Shown: positions 39,703-50,274, numbered from the stretch's first letter. The stretch is 64,000 nt of DNA from Candidatus Latescibacterota bacterium (GCA_965204375.1 OZ241986.1:5760001-5824000); one strand, 5' to 3'. Notes: generated by a model not told the origin, from the letters alone. Program-made: numbers and translations.

Positions 39703-42125
39703 TCGCTTTGGGCCTTTGCTCCCTGCTTATCCACCACGTAAAAACGGGCTGTTTTGTACACTTCAATGTCGCGGTTTAGATCTTTTACGGCGACGACTAC
39801 TTCGTGTTGACCGGGCGCGATATCTCCCAAGTCCAGTTCTACAAAATTCTCGCTTTTCGTTTGTGTGCCGGTCTGCTCGTATCGAATCGTCACTTCTTCT
39901 CTGTTACCGCCCGATAGCATTTGGCCCAGACCCGATAGCGCGCGGATCAGTAGCGGCGTATGGTTGGCGTCTCGCACTGTATAGGCGACTTCGTAGCGCG
40001 TTTGTCCAAACGAGTCGCGTAGCAAATTGTAGATTTCAAAATAAATAAAAAACGATGTTTCCTGATAAAATATCCGACCCGGTGAGGGTTCGACCCGGAA
40101 GCCCGATCGCACAAACTGGCCCGCGGTTCCCGAATCTACCTGAGCTACTGCGCGGGCTACTTGAATACCGCTGACCATCAGTGTATCCCGGCTGTATGAA
40201 ACTACCGGTACAGCCTTTTGATAAACGCCCATCAAATCCGCTTCTGGTCGCCAGACTTGAACGGCGAGCATATAATCGCCTGGCGGTACGTCCATTGGAA
40301 ATTCTTCCACGAGCACGGATCTGCTGCCCCGCGGTGCCATGACCTCAACATCGCCCTGTACGCGATAGACTTTTCCTGAGCGCTCATTGATCAGGGCTAC
40401 CCGCCGCTGCACCCGCGCGGTATCACTGGCACCCTGCACATAGAGGTTGCGGATGGGTACTCCCATCAGCACGCGAACCTCCGTGTCTTTGTCTGTTCCC
40501 TTGAAATCCACTGTATCAAAATGGAAATCCAGGGGTTCGTAATAACTGATGTTATAGACCTCGGGTATGTCCCGGGTGATGCGGGGCATAAAGGTGGCTG
40601 GCGAATATTCCGAGAATAGTCGCGATATCCGCAGTGTCTGGTCGTGCCCAAAACGTTCCAGGCGGTTTCGGTCTTCTGTGGTCAGAACAGGTGGCGGCGC
40701 GTAATCGTAACGCCCGGAGGTAAATTCGTCGGTAAATACCACTTCGATCCCTCCACCGATGCGGGTGTAAAACCACACTTCCCACTTTACGGTCATCCCG
40801 GCAATGCCCGTTGTCACGGGTTTGTACCCGTAAAATCCCAGGGTATCTTCAGCCGCTATGCCCGCGCGGGCTTGCATGGAGCCTTCAAAGGGCATGCGGG
40901 GCAGGTCGTCCAGTTCGGGGTTGTCTTCGTCGATGATGTTTATAAATCGTTCTGTTCGCACTGGATATACAGGTCCCAGAAACGTGTGGTGTACACCATC
41001 GGGACCGTAGAGTCGGCGGGCGAGTTCCGTCTGGATGATTCCGACCGATTGGGGTACGTTGAGGTTTAATGAGCGGGAAGTGGAGCGGTGGTCTGGTTCT
41101 CCGTAGCGAATATAGACCTCACCTCGCCGGTCATAGGGAAATTGCTTTCGTCCGTAGTTTTCCCGCGCATAGAGTACCCGCCGATAGTGTTCGCACCAGC
41201 GCATTAGCCCGCCACTGGCTTTCAAGGGGTCTTTTCTCAGCCAGAATCGCCGCAGGAAATCTCTCCGACGCTCTGGCGGAGTCTGCCGATAGGCCTCCGT
41301 TTCCCTGGGTGTCGCTACAATCGATATATCCCAGTAGAGTCCTCCCTCCTCTTCAGATAGTGTGGAAATATATTCTTCAAAAGCGATGAGCGCGTCTTCG
41401 AAATTGCCCCGCTCCATGAGTATTTGTCCCAGGATCGCATAGCCTCGAGGGTCTTCCAGCCTGCCCAGCAGGCGTTCGGCTTCTGCCTTTTTGCCCGATT
41501 CGGCCAGGCTGCGGATAAACAAATAGGCCGCTTCCTGGTCTTTGGGCTGGCGCTTGAGGTACTGGTCGTAATAATGAATTGCCACTTGATCCAATTTGTC
41601 GTCATTGTAGAGCTGGCCAAGAAGCAGATATCCCGGTGCGTATTCCGGATTGATCTGGATCGCCCGTCCCGCCGCTTTTATGGCATCGCCTGTTTCCGAT
41701 ATTCGATAGAGGCGAGCGAGATGGTAGTACATTTTTGCCTGGGTCGAATCCAGTGTTACGGCTCTTTGCAAATGGGGGCGGGCACCCCGCCAATCGTTTT
41801 TCAGATCCAGGTAGGCCAGTCCTAAACCCAGGTGCGCTTCTACCCACGCCGAATCGGCCTGTACTGCTTTGCGAAATGCGGTGATAGCGTCGTCGGCCTG
41901 TTTAGACTGGAGGTGAAGTTGTCCTATCATGGTCAGCACCCGCGTAGGCTGGGGTTGTTGCTCTGCGATCTTTTCCAGATTTTTGACGGCCTGTTTTACA
42001 CTGTCTTTGTGCGAGGTCTGCAATGCCCGGGCGTAAATTGATTCGGCGTCCTGGGCATGTACCGTTCCGGTTCCGCACAGTCCGATAAAAAGGCTAAGCG
42101 CAAAATAGAAATAACAATTTTTCAT
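39699..42125 (-). CDS. Secreted TPR + GWxTD-domain protein
   Basis: Signal peptide, N-terminal TPRs; F...FW...DP......EHYRRV.YA...YG....DRRGEVYIRYGEPD; E.W.Y; beta-rich C-terminus. Confidence 0.8.
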   Translation of the reverse strand: MKNCYFYFALSLFIGLCGTGTVHAQDAESIYARALQTSHKDSVKQAVKNLEKIAEQQPQPTRVLTMIGQLHLQSKQADDAITAFRKAVQADSAWVEAHLGLGLAYLDLKNDWRGARPHLQRAVTLDSTQAKMYYHLARLYRISETGDAIKAAGRAIQINPEYAPGYLLLGQLYNDDKLDQVAIHYYDQYLKRQPKDQEAAYLFIRSLAESGKKAEAERLLGRLEDPRGYAILGQILMERGNFEDALIAFEEYISTLSEEEGGLYWDISIVATPRETEAYRQTPPERRRDFLRRFWLRKDPLKASGGLMRWCEHYRRVLYARENYGRKQFPYDRRGEVYIRYGEPDHRSTSRSLNLNVPQSVGIIQTELARRLYGPDGVHHTFLGPVYPVRTERFINIIDEDNPELDDLPRMPFEGSMQARAGIAAEDTLGFYGYKPVTTGIAGMTVKWEVWFYTRIGGGIEVVFTDEFTSGRYDYAPPPVLTTEDRNRLERFGHDQTLRISRLFSEYSPATFMPRITRDIPEVYNISYYEPLDFHFDTVDFKGTDKDTEVRVLMGVPIRNLYVQGASDTARVQRRVALINERSGKVYRVQGDVEVMAPRGSRSVLVEEFPMDVPPGDYMLAVQVWRPEADLMGVYQKAVPVVSYSRDTLMVSGIQVARAVAQVDSGTAGQFVRSGFRVEPSPGRIFYQETSFFIYFEIYNLLRDSFGQTRYEVAYTVRDANHTPLLIRALSGLGQMLSGGNREEVTIRYEQTGTQTKSENFVELDLGDIAPGQHEVVVAVKDLNRDIEVYKTARFYVVDKQGAKAQSE

Positions 42126-42295
42126 TGTGTTGTGTTCACAAGAGATGTGATTCTTCGCAAGGTGTATATAAAGTATAATAAAAAACCAAAATGGAATCGC
42201 TGTTTTTTCGCGCTGGTCTCTCGTCAGGTAAGGCGGCAATTGCATTTTTTACATATACGCCTTAGATTGTGGGTTGAACTGTCCAGGAGCTTTCC

Positions 42296-44314
42296 ATGCG
42301 TGTCATTATTTCATTTTTTATCCTGCTAATGCCCCTGTCGGCTCACAGTCGCCCAGTGGTCGCGGTTTTGCCTTTTGAAGAGGCGAATACCGATTGGCTC
42401 CCGGAGGGTATGGCCTGGAGTTTGTCGGATAAGCTCCGCCGCGTGTCGGCACTGCAAATGGTCGATTCCGATCGGCTAAATGCCGCTCTGTCTAAATATC
42501 AGACGCCTGTGCAAGTTGGCCAGTCGGCGGGGGCAACACTGGTCCTGTACGGCGCCTGTCGGTTGGAGAAAGACCAGCTCAAAATCTCCGCCCGCGTTTT
42601 GCGGATTGATACCGATGATATTCTGGAACTGGGAGAGGTGGATGGTCCTCTCGAGTCCCTTTTTGCCCTGCAGGATAGCGTGATTCGCCGCTTCCTGGAC
42701 GGTGTTGATCTCAGTTCCACCGTTATCGAATGGGAGGCGATTCTTCGCAGACCTACCCGATCGGTTCGGGCTTATGCCCACTGGGTGCGCGCCCGGAGTA
42801 TGCTGACTGGCAATGCCGAGGATCCGGATGTTGTGCGCGATCACCTCGACCGCGCCCTTGCCGAGGATGCCGATTATGCCGATGCCCATAGCCACCTGGG
42901 GTTGCTTTTTGTCGCGCAACGCCGGTTCAAAGAGGCGCTCGGTGCCTTGCAGACCGCTGTGCGCCTCAAGCCGGATGATCCACTGACTCGCTACAATCTG
43001 GGTGTGGCTTATGCCAGTTTGGGGCAGCCCGATCGCGCTGCTGTCTCGTTCCGGGATGCGATCCGCCTCAAGCCGGATGATCCCATTACCCACTACAATC
43101 TGGGTATTTTGCACCATCTTCAGGGCAATCACGAGGCTGCTATTGCGCCTTTGCAGACGGCGGTTCGTCTCAAGTCCGATTTTGCGGTCGCCTATCTAAC
43201 TCTGGGCATTGCCCTGGCCAATACGCAATCCTTTTCCCGCGCGGAAGACGCGCTGAAAGAGGCGATTCGCCTGTCTCCCGAAAATGCCGATGCGCACTAC
43301 AATCTGGGCGTTGTCTATATCGAGATGGGGCATTACAATCAGGCGGTCGAAGTTTTAGAACAGGCTATCTCGCACAATCCAGAGCACGCCGATGCCCATT
43401 TTAATCTGGGACGCGCTTATGAGGCATTGGGTCGCTATGATGAAGCGGTCGCTGCCTTCAAACAGGCCGCCCAATTCAATCCCGATTATGCCGATTTGCA
43501 CTTTAATCTGGGTATTGCCCATACCGAGGCCGGGCGTTTTGAGGAGGCTATTCGCACCCTGCACACTGCCCGCCGGATCTATCCGCAAGATCCGCTCATT
43601 TATCACAATATGGGTATTGCCTATCGAAATGCCGCGCGTTTTGAAGAGGCGGAAAATGCTTTTCGAGAAGCGCTGCGTCTCAATCCCCATCTGGCTGATA
43701 TTCACCTGTCTCTGGGCAGTTTGCTACTGGATATGGGACGCTATGAGCAGGGCCTTTCATCCATTCGAGAGGCTGTGCGTCTGACGCCCAAAAATGCCGA
43801 TGCTTACCGCTATCTGGGCGAGGCTCTGGCTTATTTGAAACAGTATCCAGATGCGATTCAGGCTTTCCGAAAAGCCATTGCGCTCAAGGGCGACGATGGA
43901 GACGCCCATCTCGGTCTGGGTATGGTCTATTTGCAGGCTGGGCAAAAAACCGCGGCTGCATCTGCCCTCAAAACAGGTCTTCGACTCAGTCCCAGACACC
44001 CCGATTCTCTGGCTATTGCCCGCGAGATCGCGCGGTTGCAGAAGCAGCCTGAGGAGGTCAGTACTTATCTGAACCGCGCCCGCGCTTTTGAGGATGCCGG
44101 GCTTTTGGACGAAGCGATTGATACCTACCGCAAAGCCGCCAGTCTCAGTCCCGAGAATGCCGATATTCAGCATGCTCTCGGCCTGGCCTGTCTGCGGGCG
44201 AACCGTCCGGAAGATGCGCTACCCGCTTTTCGGAAGGTTCTCAGGCTTCGTCCGGATCATCCCGATGCAAATCTCATTCGGGATTTTATTCGCCGCATGG
44301 TAGAGGGACAATGA
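42296..44314 (+). CDS. Secreted TolB-N/CsgG-like domain + long TPR array
   Basis: Signal peptide; VAVLPF...ISAR...I.T...L..LQD; more than 10 TPRs (AH.NLG..Y). Confidence 0.85.
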   Translation: MRVIISFFILLMPLSAHSRPVVAVLPFEEANTDWLPEGMAWSLSDKLRRVSALQMVDSDRLNAALSKYQTPVQVGQSAGATLVLYGACRLEKDQLKISARVLRIDTDDILELGEVDGPLESLFALQDSVIRRFLDGVDLSSTVIEWEAILRRPTRSVRAYAHWVRARSMLTGNAEDPDVVRDHLDRALAEDADYADAHSHLGLLFVAQRRFKEALGALQTAVRLKPDDPLTRYNLGVAYASLGQPDRAAVSFRDAIRLKPDDPITHYNLGILHHLQGNHEAAIAPLQTAVRLKSDFAVAYLTLGIALANTQSFSRAEDALKEAIRLSPENADAHYNLGVVYIEMGHYNQAVEVLEQAISHNPEHADAHFNLGRAYEALGRYDEAVAAFKQAAQFNPDYADLHFNLGIAHTEAGRFEEAIRTLHTARRIYPQDPLIYHNMGIAYRNAARFEEAENAFREALRLNPHLADIHLSLGSLLLDMGRYEQGLSSIREAVRLTPKNADAYRYLGEALAYLKQYPDAIQAFRKAIALKGDDGDAHLGLGMVYLQAGQKTAAASALKTGLRLSPRHPDSLAIAREIARLQKQPEEVSTYLNRARAFEDAGLLDEAIDTYRKAASLSPENADIQHALGLACLRANRPEDALPAFRKVLRLRPDHPDANLIRDFIRRMVEGQ

Positions 44315-45927
44315 CCATGATTCGCGTCGCGTTGTTCCTGTTCCTGATTTGCGCGCCCCATTTTGTTGCCGCCGATTCTATCCGTTTTACTGAAATGGCG
44401 GAGAAGGCGGGGATCCATTTTGTCCACAGTACCGGAGCCAGGGGCGGATGGCACTATATCGAGACGATGGGTTCCGGCTGTGCGCTTTTCGACGCGGATG
44501 GCGATGGAGATCTGGATCTCTATCTGGTCAATGGTGCCAATTTGCCCGGGCAACCGGTTCAGGGGAGCAATGCGCTGTATCGCAATGATACGGATAAAAC
44601 GATTCGCCTGACTGATATTACTGAAGCTTCGGGTGCGCCCGGGCGAGGCTATGGCATGGGCTGCACCGTGGGCGACGCGGACAATGACGGCGATCTGGAT
44701 CTCTATGTTACCGGCTATCCCGAAAATATTCTGTATGTGAACAATGGCGATGCTACTTTCAAAGACGCTTCTCGGCAGGCGAATGTGACCGCAGGCGGAT
44801 GGAGCGCGGGAGCGGCTTTTTTCGATTTTGAAGCCGATGGGGATCTGGATCTCTATGTGGTGCGCTATCTCGCGTACGATCCCGCCCGAGAGCCAGTGTG
44901 TGAACGCAGTGGTGTGCGGACCTACTGCGCGCCGTACCGGTTTCGGGGTGCTCCCGATCTGCTCTATCAAAACAGCGGAAATGGCGCATTTGAAGATATT
45001 TCTCAGCGGGCCGGTATCGCCGATCCCCGGGGCAAGGGGCTGGGCGTGCTCACGCTGGATTACGACCGGGATGGCGATACCGATCTCTATATCGCCAATG
45101 ATACGACGCCCAATTTTCTCTATCGAAATGATGGTGATCGCTTTACTGAAGTCGGGCACAAAGCGGGTGTGAGCCTAAGTGCTTCGGGCCGTCCACAGGC
45201 CGGTATGGGCGTGGATGCTGGCGATGTGGATGGCGATGGGCGCACCGATCTCATTGTTACCAATTTTTCCTATGAGTCCAACGCCTTTTATCACCAGGCA
45301 GAACAGGGCATATTTACCGATGCCAGTGCTCGTCTGGGGCTGACGGGACCGAGTACGCTTCCTCTGGGCTTTGGCACACATCTCTTCGATGCGGATAGCG
45401 ATGGCGATCTGGATCTTTTTGTCGCCAATGGTCATATTTTTCCCAATGTCTCGGATTTTTCCTCTGCCGAGTCCTACCCCCAGGCCGATCAGTTTTTCCG
45501 CAATACCGCAGGTGTTTTTGAAGACGTTTCCGAATCGGCGGGTTTTACATCGCCCGCTGTCAGCAGGGGTTCGGCGCTGGGCGATATAGATACCGATGGT
45601 GATCTGGACCTGATTGTGCTCGTCGCCGATGCTCGTCCGCATCTCTATCGGAACGATGCTCCACCTGCCTATTCATGGCTTATTGTCCAGATAGAGGGTG
45701 CGGATCGCAGTGCGATTGGTGCGCGCGTCACCCTTACTGCAGGTGGACGTACCCAATCGCGAGAGGTGCGAAGTCAATCCGGGTATCTCTCTTCGGGGGA
45801 TCCGCGCCTCCACTTCGGCCTGGGCAATGCCGAACAGATTGATCGTCTGGATATCTGGTGGCCCTCTGGACGCACCCAAACCCTTCGCAATCTGTCACCG
45901 AATCAGATTCTGGTCATTGAAGAATAG
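44311..45927 (+). CDS. CRTAC1-family FG-GAP/ASPIC-UnbV protein
   Basis: ETMGSG..FD.DGDGDLD.Y..NG; repeated D.D.DG..D and LYRN; AIGARV...Q.REV...SGY.S...LHFGLG....WPSG. Confidence 0.9.
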   Translation: MTMIRVALFLFLICAPHFVAADSIRFTEMAEKAGIHFVHSTGARGGWHYIETMGSGCALFDADGDGDLDLYLVNGANLPGQPVQGSNALYRNDTDKTIRLTDITEASGAPGRGYGMGCTVGDADNDGDLDLYVTGYPENILYVNNGDATFKDASRQANVTAGGWSAGAAFFDFEADGDLDLYVVRYLAYDPAREPVCERSGVRTYCAPYRFRGAPDLLYQNSGNGAFEDISQRAGIADPRGKGLGVLTLDYDRDGDTDLYIANDTTPNFLYRNDGDRFTEVGHKAGVSLSASGRPQAGMGVDAGDVDGDGRTDLIVTNFSYESNAFYHQAEQGIFTDASARLGLTGPSTLPLGFGTHLFDADSDGDLDLFVANGHIFPNVSDFSSAESYPQADQFFRNTAGVFEDVSESAGFTSPAVSRGSALGDIDTDGDLDLIVLVADARPHLYRNDAPPAYSWLIVQIEGADRSAIGARVTLTAGGRTQSREVRSQSGYLSSGDPRLHFGLGNAEQIDRLDIWWPSGRTQTLRNLSPNQILVIEE

Positions 45928-45929
45928 GC

Positions 45930-47897
45930 TTACCATCCGTGTACAAAGTGTCCACTTCCGGGAAACCAGATCGCATCCACGACACTCGACGCTCCCACGC
46001 CCAACAGGTATCCCACCACTATTCCATAGGAAAATGGCATTGATCGCCGGTAGAGCACTACGCCCCCAAATTTGAGGGTCAGTGCCTTGATGAGCCATAC
46101 GACAAAAATAGCGAATCCGTACGTATGACTCGGGAAGGCGAGTCCCACCGGGTGAATCGGCCAGGAAGCGAACCGGGTATTCAAGACTGTCAGCAGTCCC
46201 GCTTCTCCAACTCCGAATAGCCAGACCAGTAGTTTTTGAAAGTCAAAATATGTGGGTTCTGTGCCCTCAATTATGCCTACCTGCCCCAGCATTACGGTCC
46301 AATCGTACATATAGGCCGCGTTCAGGCCGCCCTCCGTATAACACAAATAAAGCTGAGCACCGCAGGCTATGGCATAGGCTCCAAGCAGAGAGATGGGCAG
46401 AGCAAATACGACCAGAAAACGGCGCTTCAGGGCTTGTTGCAATAGCCGAAAAAAATGTGGAATGGCCGGTATCGACAGCATCCGACCCGAATGCGCGGCC
46501 AATCCGCCGCGGTTTAACACCATTATCCCCGTCAGGTCGGAGGGGGAAAAATTGGCTGTTCCCAGAAGCGTCTTTAGTATCGGTCCACCTTTCTGTCCCT
46601 GGGGAGATAGAAATACGAATCCCGTGGCTGCCGCGTATTTGGTCACGCCAAAGTAGATCACGAAAAACAGTGAAAGCTGTAGCAGTGCCACCACGGGTCG
46701 CATGTCCAGAGATACCATCCAGCCTGTGAGAAATGCAAATGCCGCGCCGAATCCCAGCCAGGCCGTGCGATAGGTTACGGGCGTTCCATCGTCTTTGCTC
46801 CGGTCGTCTGATAATGCCTTTTGCAGGGTTTCTTTCAGGTGTCCTCTGGCTACCCAGACCGACCAGATCACGAGAAATACCAGTGCGCCGTGCGCCTCCA
46901 GCATCCGTATTTCTCCCGAGGTTGCCGCCTGCCCCTGCATGCCCACTGTAAATCCCGTTCGATCCATCAGTGCTTGTTTGAAAATATTGAGCACAAAAAA
47001 GGTCCACACGCTCAGCAGTATATTTAGCGGACACAGGTAGGCCAGCCCCATCAAAAGGGGTTGAATTCTCAGATATAAGGTCGGAAAATCGCGCCCGATG
47101 TGTACGGCTTTGGTCAAATAGTGATCGTAGATCCCAATGCGCGGAATTGTAAGAATAAAATATCCGGCAATATTCCAGAAAATTACGCCGGCTGTACACG
47201 CAAAACCCATCCAGAAAACGGGTGTTCGGAACACGATGGGCAATCGGTGTGAGGGTTCTTCCCGGAGCAGTTCCAGGGGCATTGTCGCCAGGGGAAATGT
47301 CAGCCGTTCCCGTTCCACCCATTGTTTGTAAAACAACACACTTGCAAAAAAACCAGCCATTACCAGTGCCACGGTTCCGGCAAACCACCAGAACAGCGGG
47401 GTTAGCCAGTTGCGCCATGGAATAGATTCCTCTGATCCCAGTCCCACGTACAGCTTTTCTACCACCATATCTCCCGGCTCAAAAAACAGCCAGCGGGGCA
47501 TATAGGCTCCCACGACCTCCCAGAATCGGTTTTCCGGTGAAGAAAAAGCGGATGGTGCTGAAATATCTGTAATCAAGTACCCGGCCCAGCCCACTGCCGG
47601 TGCGGTACCCACCATCCAGACCATTCCAAAAATCACCATCACTTCTGTGCGCGACAGGGCAAAGCGAGGCAAAGTTAGCTTTAATACTGTGTTGATCCCT
47701 ACCCACAATACCAGGGGCAGCAACGCGGTGACGGGCACGAAGCTTTTCATCAGATTTCGCCCGAAGTAGGTCGCGTACAAACACATACCCGCAATTGTGA
47801 TCAGCCCCAGTACAAAAGCCCGAATGGTGAGCGATTCAGATGCTGTTGATGCTTTTCTTTCAGGTTTCGGTGCCGAGGCCATGTTCGCAAACCCCAT
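45930..47897 (-). CDS. Large integral membrane protein (DUF6785/DUF6784-like, putative transporter)
   Basis: IPW..W..PL..W, QW...ERL.FPL...P, L.S.W.F, WP.HPVG, W..K...L..GG...Y....PF..G. Confidence 0.7.
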   Translation of the reverse strand: MGFANMASAPKPERKASTASESLTIRAFVLGLITIAGMCLYATYFGRNLMKSFVPVTALLPLVLWVGINTVLKLTLPRFALSRTEVMVIFGMVWMVGTAPAVGWAGYLITDISAPSAFSSPENRFWEVVGAYMPRWLFFEPGDMVVEKLYVGLGSEESIPWRNWLTPLFWWFAGTVALVMAGFFASVLFYKQWVERERLTFPLATMPLELLREEPSHRLPIVFRTPVFWMGFACTAGVIFWNIAGYFILTIPRIGIYDHYLTKAVHIGRDFPTLYLRIQPLLMGLAYLCPLNILLSVWTFFVLNIFKQALMDRTGFTVGMQGQAATSGEIRMLEAHGALVFLVIWSVWVARGHLKETLQKALSDDRSKDDGTPVTYRTAWLGFGAAFAFLTGWMVSLDMRPVVALLQLSLFFVIYFGVTKYAAATGFVFLSPQGQKGGPILKTLLGTANFSPSDLTGIMVLNRGGLAAHSGRMLSIPAIPHFFRLLQQALKRRFLVVFALPISLLGAYAIACGAQLYLCYTEGGLNAAYMYDWTVMLGQVGIIEGTEPTYFDFQKLLVWLFGVGEAGLLTVLNTRFASWPIHPVGLAFPSHTYGFAIFVVWLIKALTLKFGGVVLYRRSMPFSYGIVVGYLLGVGASSVVDAIWFPGSGHFVHGW

Positions 47898-47900
47898 CTC

Positions 47901-50273
47901 TCAGGGTATGGGTTCTGTGACATTCACAATTTGTCCCGCGGACAGGTTTTCTACGACCTGCACTGTTCCGCTGGGCCAGATCACTTTCAGTCGCGTTGCG
48001 CGATCGGCATCTCCCATTCCGAAATGGATGGCATAGGGATCGGTTGATCCGAATCCGACGCTTCCTGGCACCTCTCGGAACAGGGTGCGGTTTCCGACTG
48101 TCAGACGCAATTTTGCGCCTATGCCCGATCGGTTGCTTTGACGCCCATGGAGAGTGATCTGTAACCACCGGTTCTGATTTTCCGACTCGTTGCGGTAAAG
48201 CGCGTTTTCGAATAAGTCTCCGTGGTACCATCCGCCTTGCGGTGCATACACATCGAGGTCGCCATCTGCGTCGTAATCGGCAAATGTGATGCCGTGTCCT
48301 TTGCCCAGGTGTCCCATTCCCGCGCGTTCGGTCAGGTCGGTGAATGTACCATTCCCGTTATTGCGATAAAACCGGTTTGGCTCTAAGCGTCCCAGGTCTG
48401 GATCGCCTGTCCCGAAGTACACGTCCAGGTACCCGTCGTTATCTATGTCTCCCACATTGCCGCCCATTACGCCGTGGGCATAGATGAATCCCGCTTCGTA
48501 GGATACATCTGTGAAGCGCCAGCCTTCGGCCGGACCTTCGTTGCGGTATAGCTTGGGCGTTGGATAGGCCGGGTCGGTGGGCGCGGTATAGCCGATCCGC
48601 TGTCCCTCTAAGCTCTCTTTGAATCCGGCAAGGCAGGTGGTCAGGATATCCAGATCGCCGTCGTTGTCGTAGTCGAAGAAGAACGATACATAGCCCCGAA
48701 GTGTGCCGCTTCCGGCGACGTTGGAAGCCCGTGCGACATCTACAAATGTGCCGTCGCCGCGATTTCGATACAGGGCATTGGGCGTCTCGAAGCCGGTTAC
48801 AAAGAGGTCCAGGTCGCCGTCTAAGTCGTAATCGCCGAAGGCTGCGCCCACTGTGCCCAGAGTAAATCGCAGGCCCGCTTCGTCTGTGGTTTCGACAAAG
48901 TTTCCATTGTTGCGATAGTGCGCGTTTGAGGAGCCGTCTCCGGCAATGCCATTTGCTATAAATAAATCCAGGTCGCCATCGTTATCCGTATCGCCCCACA
49001 GGGAGACAAATCCCGATCCCCCGTCATTTGTGCCCGAAGCTGCGGATACATCGGTGAATTGGCCTCCGTCATTGCGGTAGAGTGCGTTTGGGCCGGGGCC
49101 GGACCACCCGCTGCGGGCGATGTAGAGGTCCAGGTCGCCATCGTTGTCGTAATCGACGAGATTTCCCGAGAATCCCGAATCCACGTCTTTCAGGCCGATC
49201 TGGTTGCTGATATCCACAAATTGGGTTCCGTCGTTGCGGTAAAATGCGAGGTACGTGTCGCATCCCTGCGCCAGCAGGTCCAGGTCGCCGTCGCCGTCGA
49301 TATCTCCCCAGGCACTCGGTCCTGCTCCGTCCAATTTGGCCACGCCCAGGTCGCGGGCCACATCTGTAAAGCGTACGGGCAGGGATGTATCTTTGGATTC
49401 GGGGCGCTGGTCGAAACGATAATAAGACCACAACGACCAGGGATAACCGCCGAGTTTATCATAGGCTTGTTTCAGATTCCACTGGGTGCGGAAAAACCAT
49501 TCGTCTGTTTCCGGCAGGGCGCGCAGCAAATTTAAGAATGTTTCGGCTGATTTTCGATACTGTCCCGCGCGGTAATAGGCTACGCCCAGGCGATCCGGTA
49601 CGCGGAGATCCAGGCGGTCTTTTTGCATTTGCATCGCCACTTTCAAGCGTTCAATTGCCGCTTCGTAATCTCCCATTCTCAAAAGGGCGAGGCCAGCCAG
49701 ATAGCGCGCTTCTGCATCGTTTATGGCGTTATCGGATAATTTATCGGCGTGGTGAAACGCGCGTTCCAGCAAGATGCGGGAGTCGTTCAGGGGCATGATT
49801 TGTCCGCTGCTTCCCATCTTCTGATTTTCAAACCAGATGGTTTCCCCGCCCAGCAAATAGGTGACGTATTCTTTTCGCACGTCCAGCATGAGGGGTTGTT
49901 TTATGAGAGCTGCTTCAAATTGTGCTGCCGCGCGGGCGGGTTCCCGCTGTGATCGGTAAAGCCGCGCGAGCCAGGTTCTCGCCTCGACTGCATCCGGATT
50001 GCGGGCTACTGCTCGCTCAAACGCGGTTATTGCTTCGGGGCGGTTTTGGATTGCGAGCACTTTGCCCAGGTGAAGATAGGCCGCGCTTTGTGTTGAATCA
50101 ATTTGAATACATCGGCGGAACTCGGCTTCGGCAGCTTCGTGCTGCGCCCGCCGCATGCTTTCTATTCCCTGCTGGAGATGCGTGGCATAATCTATCCGCA
50201 GGCCCGGAGAAGGTGTTCTTTGTTCACCGCATCCGATTGACAGGGCAATCAGTAGCAGAAGGATTACAATCAT
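47901..50273 (-). CDS. TPR + FG-GAP/ASPIC-UnbV lipoprotein
   Basis: Lipobox LSIGC; TPRs; repeated D.DNDGDLD.Y and N.LY.N.G; N..GIGA...HFG.G....WPSG. Confidence 0.88.
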   Translation of the reverse strand: MIVILLLLIALSIGCGEQRTPSPGLRIDYATHLQQGIESMRRAQHEAAEAEFRRCIQIDSTQSAAYLHLGKVLAIQNRPEAITAFERAVARNPDAVEARTWLARLYRSQREPARAAAQFEAALIKQPLMLDVRKEYVTYLLGGETIWFENQKMGSSGQIMPLNDSRILLERAFHHADKLSDNAINDAEARYLAGLALLRMGDYEAAIERLKVAMQMQKDRLDLRVPDRLGVAYYRAGQYRKSAETFLNLLRALPETDEWFFRTQWNLKQAYDKLGGYPWSLWSYYRFDQRPESKDTSLPVRFTDVARDLGVAKLDGAGPSAWGDIDGDGDLDLLAQGCDTYLAFYRNDGTQFVDISNQIGLKDVDSGFSGNLVDYDNDGDLDLYIARSGWSGPGPNALYRNDGGQFTDVSAASGTNDGGSGFVSLWGDTDNDGDLDLFIANGIAGDGSSNAHYRNNGNFVETTDEAGLRFTLGTVGAAFGDYDLDGDLDLFVTGFETPNALYRNRGDGTFVDVARASNVAGSGTLRGYVSFFFDYDNDGDLDILTTCLAGFKESLEGQRIGYTAPTDPAYPTPKLYRNEGPAEGWRFTDVSYEAGFIYAHGVMGGNVGDIDNDGYLDVYFGTGDPDLGRLEPNRFYRNNGNGTFTDLTERAGMGHLGKGHGITFADYDADGDLDVYAPQGGWYHGDLFENALYRNESENQNRWLQITLHGRQSNRSGIGAKLRLTVGNRTLFREVPGSVGFGSTDPYAIHFGMGDADRATRLKVIWPSGTVQVVENLSAGQIVNVTEPIP

Positions 50274-50274
50274 G

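Noticed and set aside
46267-47418. 383-aa alternate-frame ORF, and similar long ORFs at 37917-38855, 44257-45159, 56079-57065 and 58026-58952
   Set aside because: They overlap well-supported genes and show no motifs; typical shadow ORFs of GC-rich coding DNA
44311-50273. Enediyne biosynthetic cluster suggested by UnbV-like domains
   Set aside because: No iterative PKS, thioesterase or other core enediyne genes in the window
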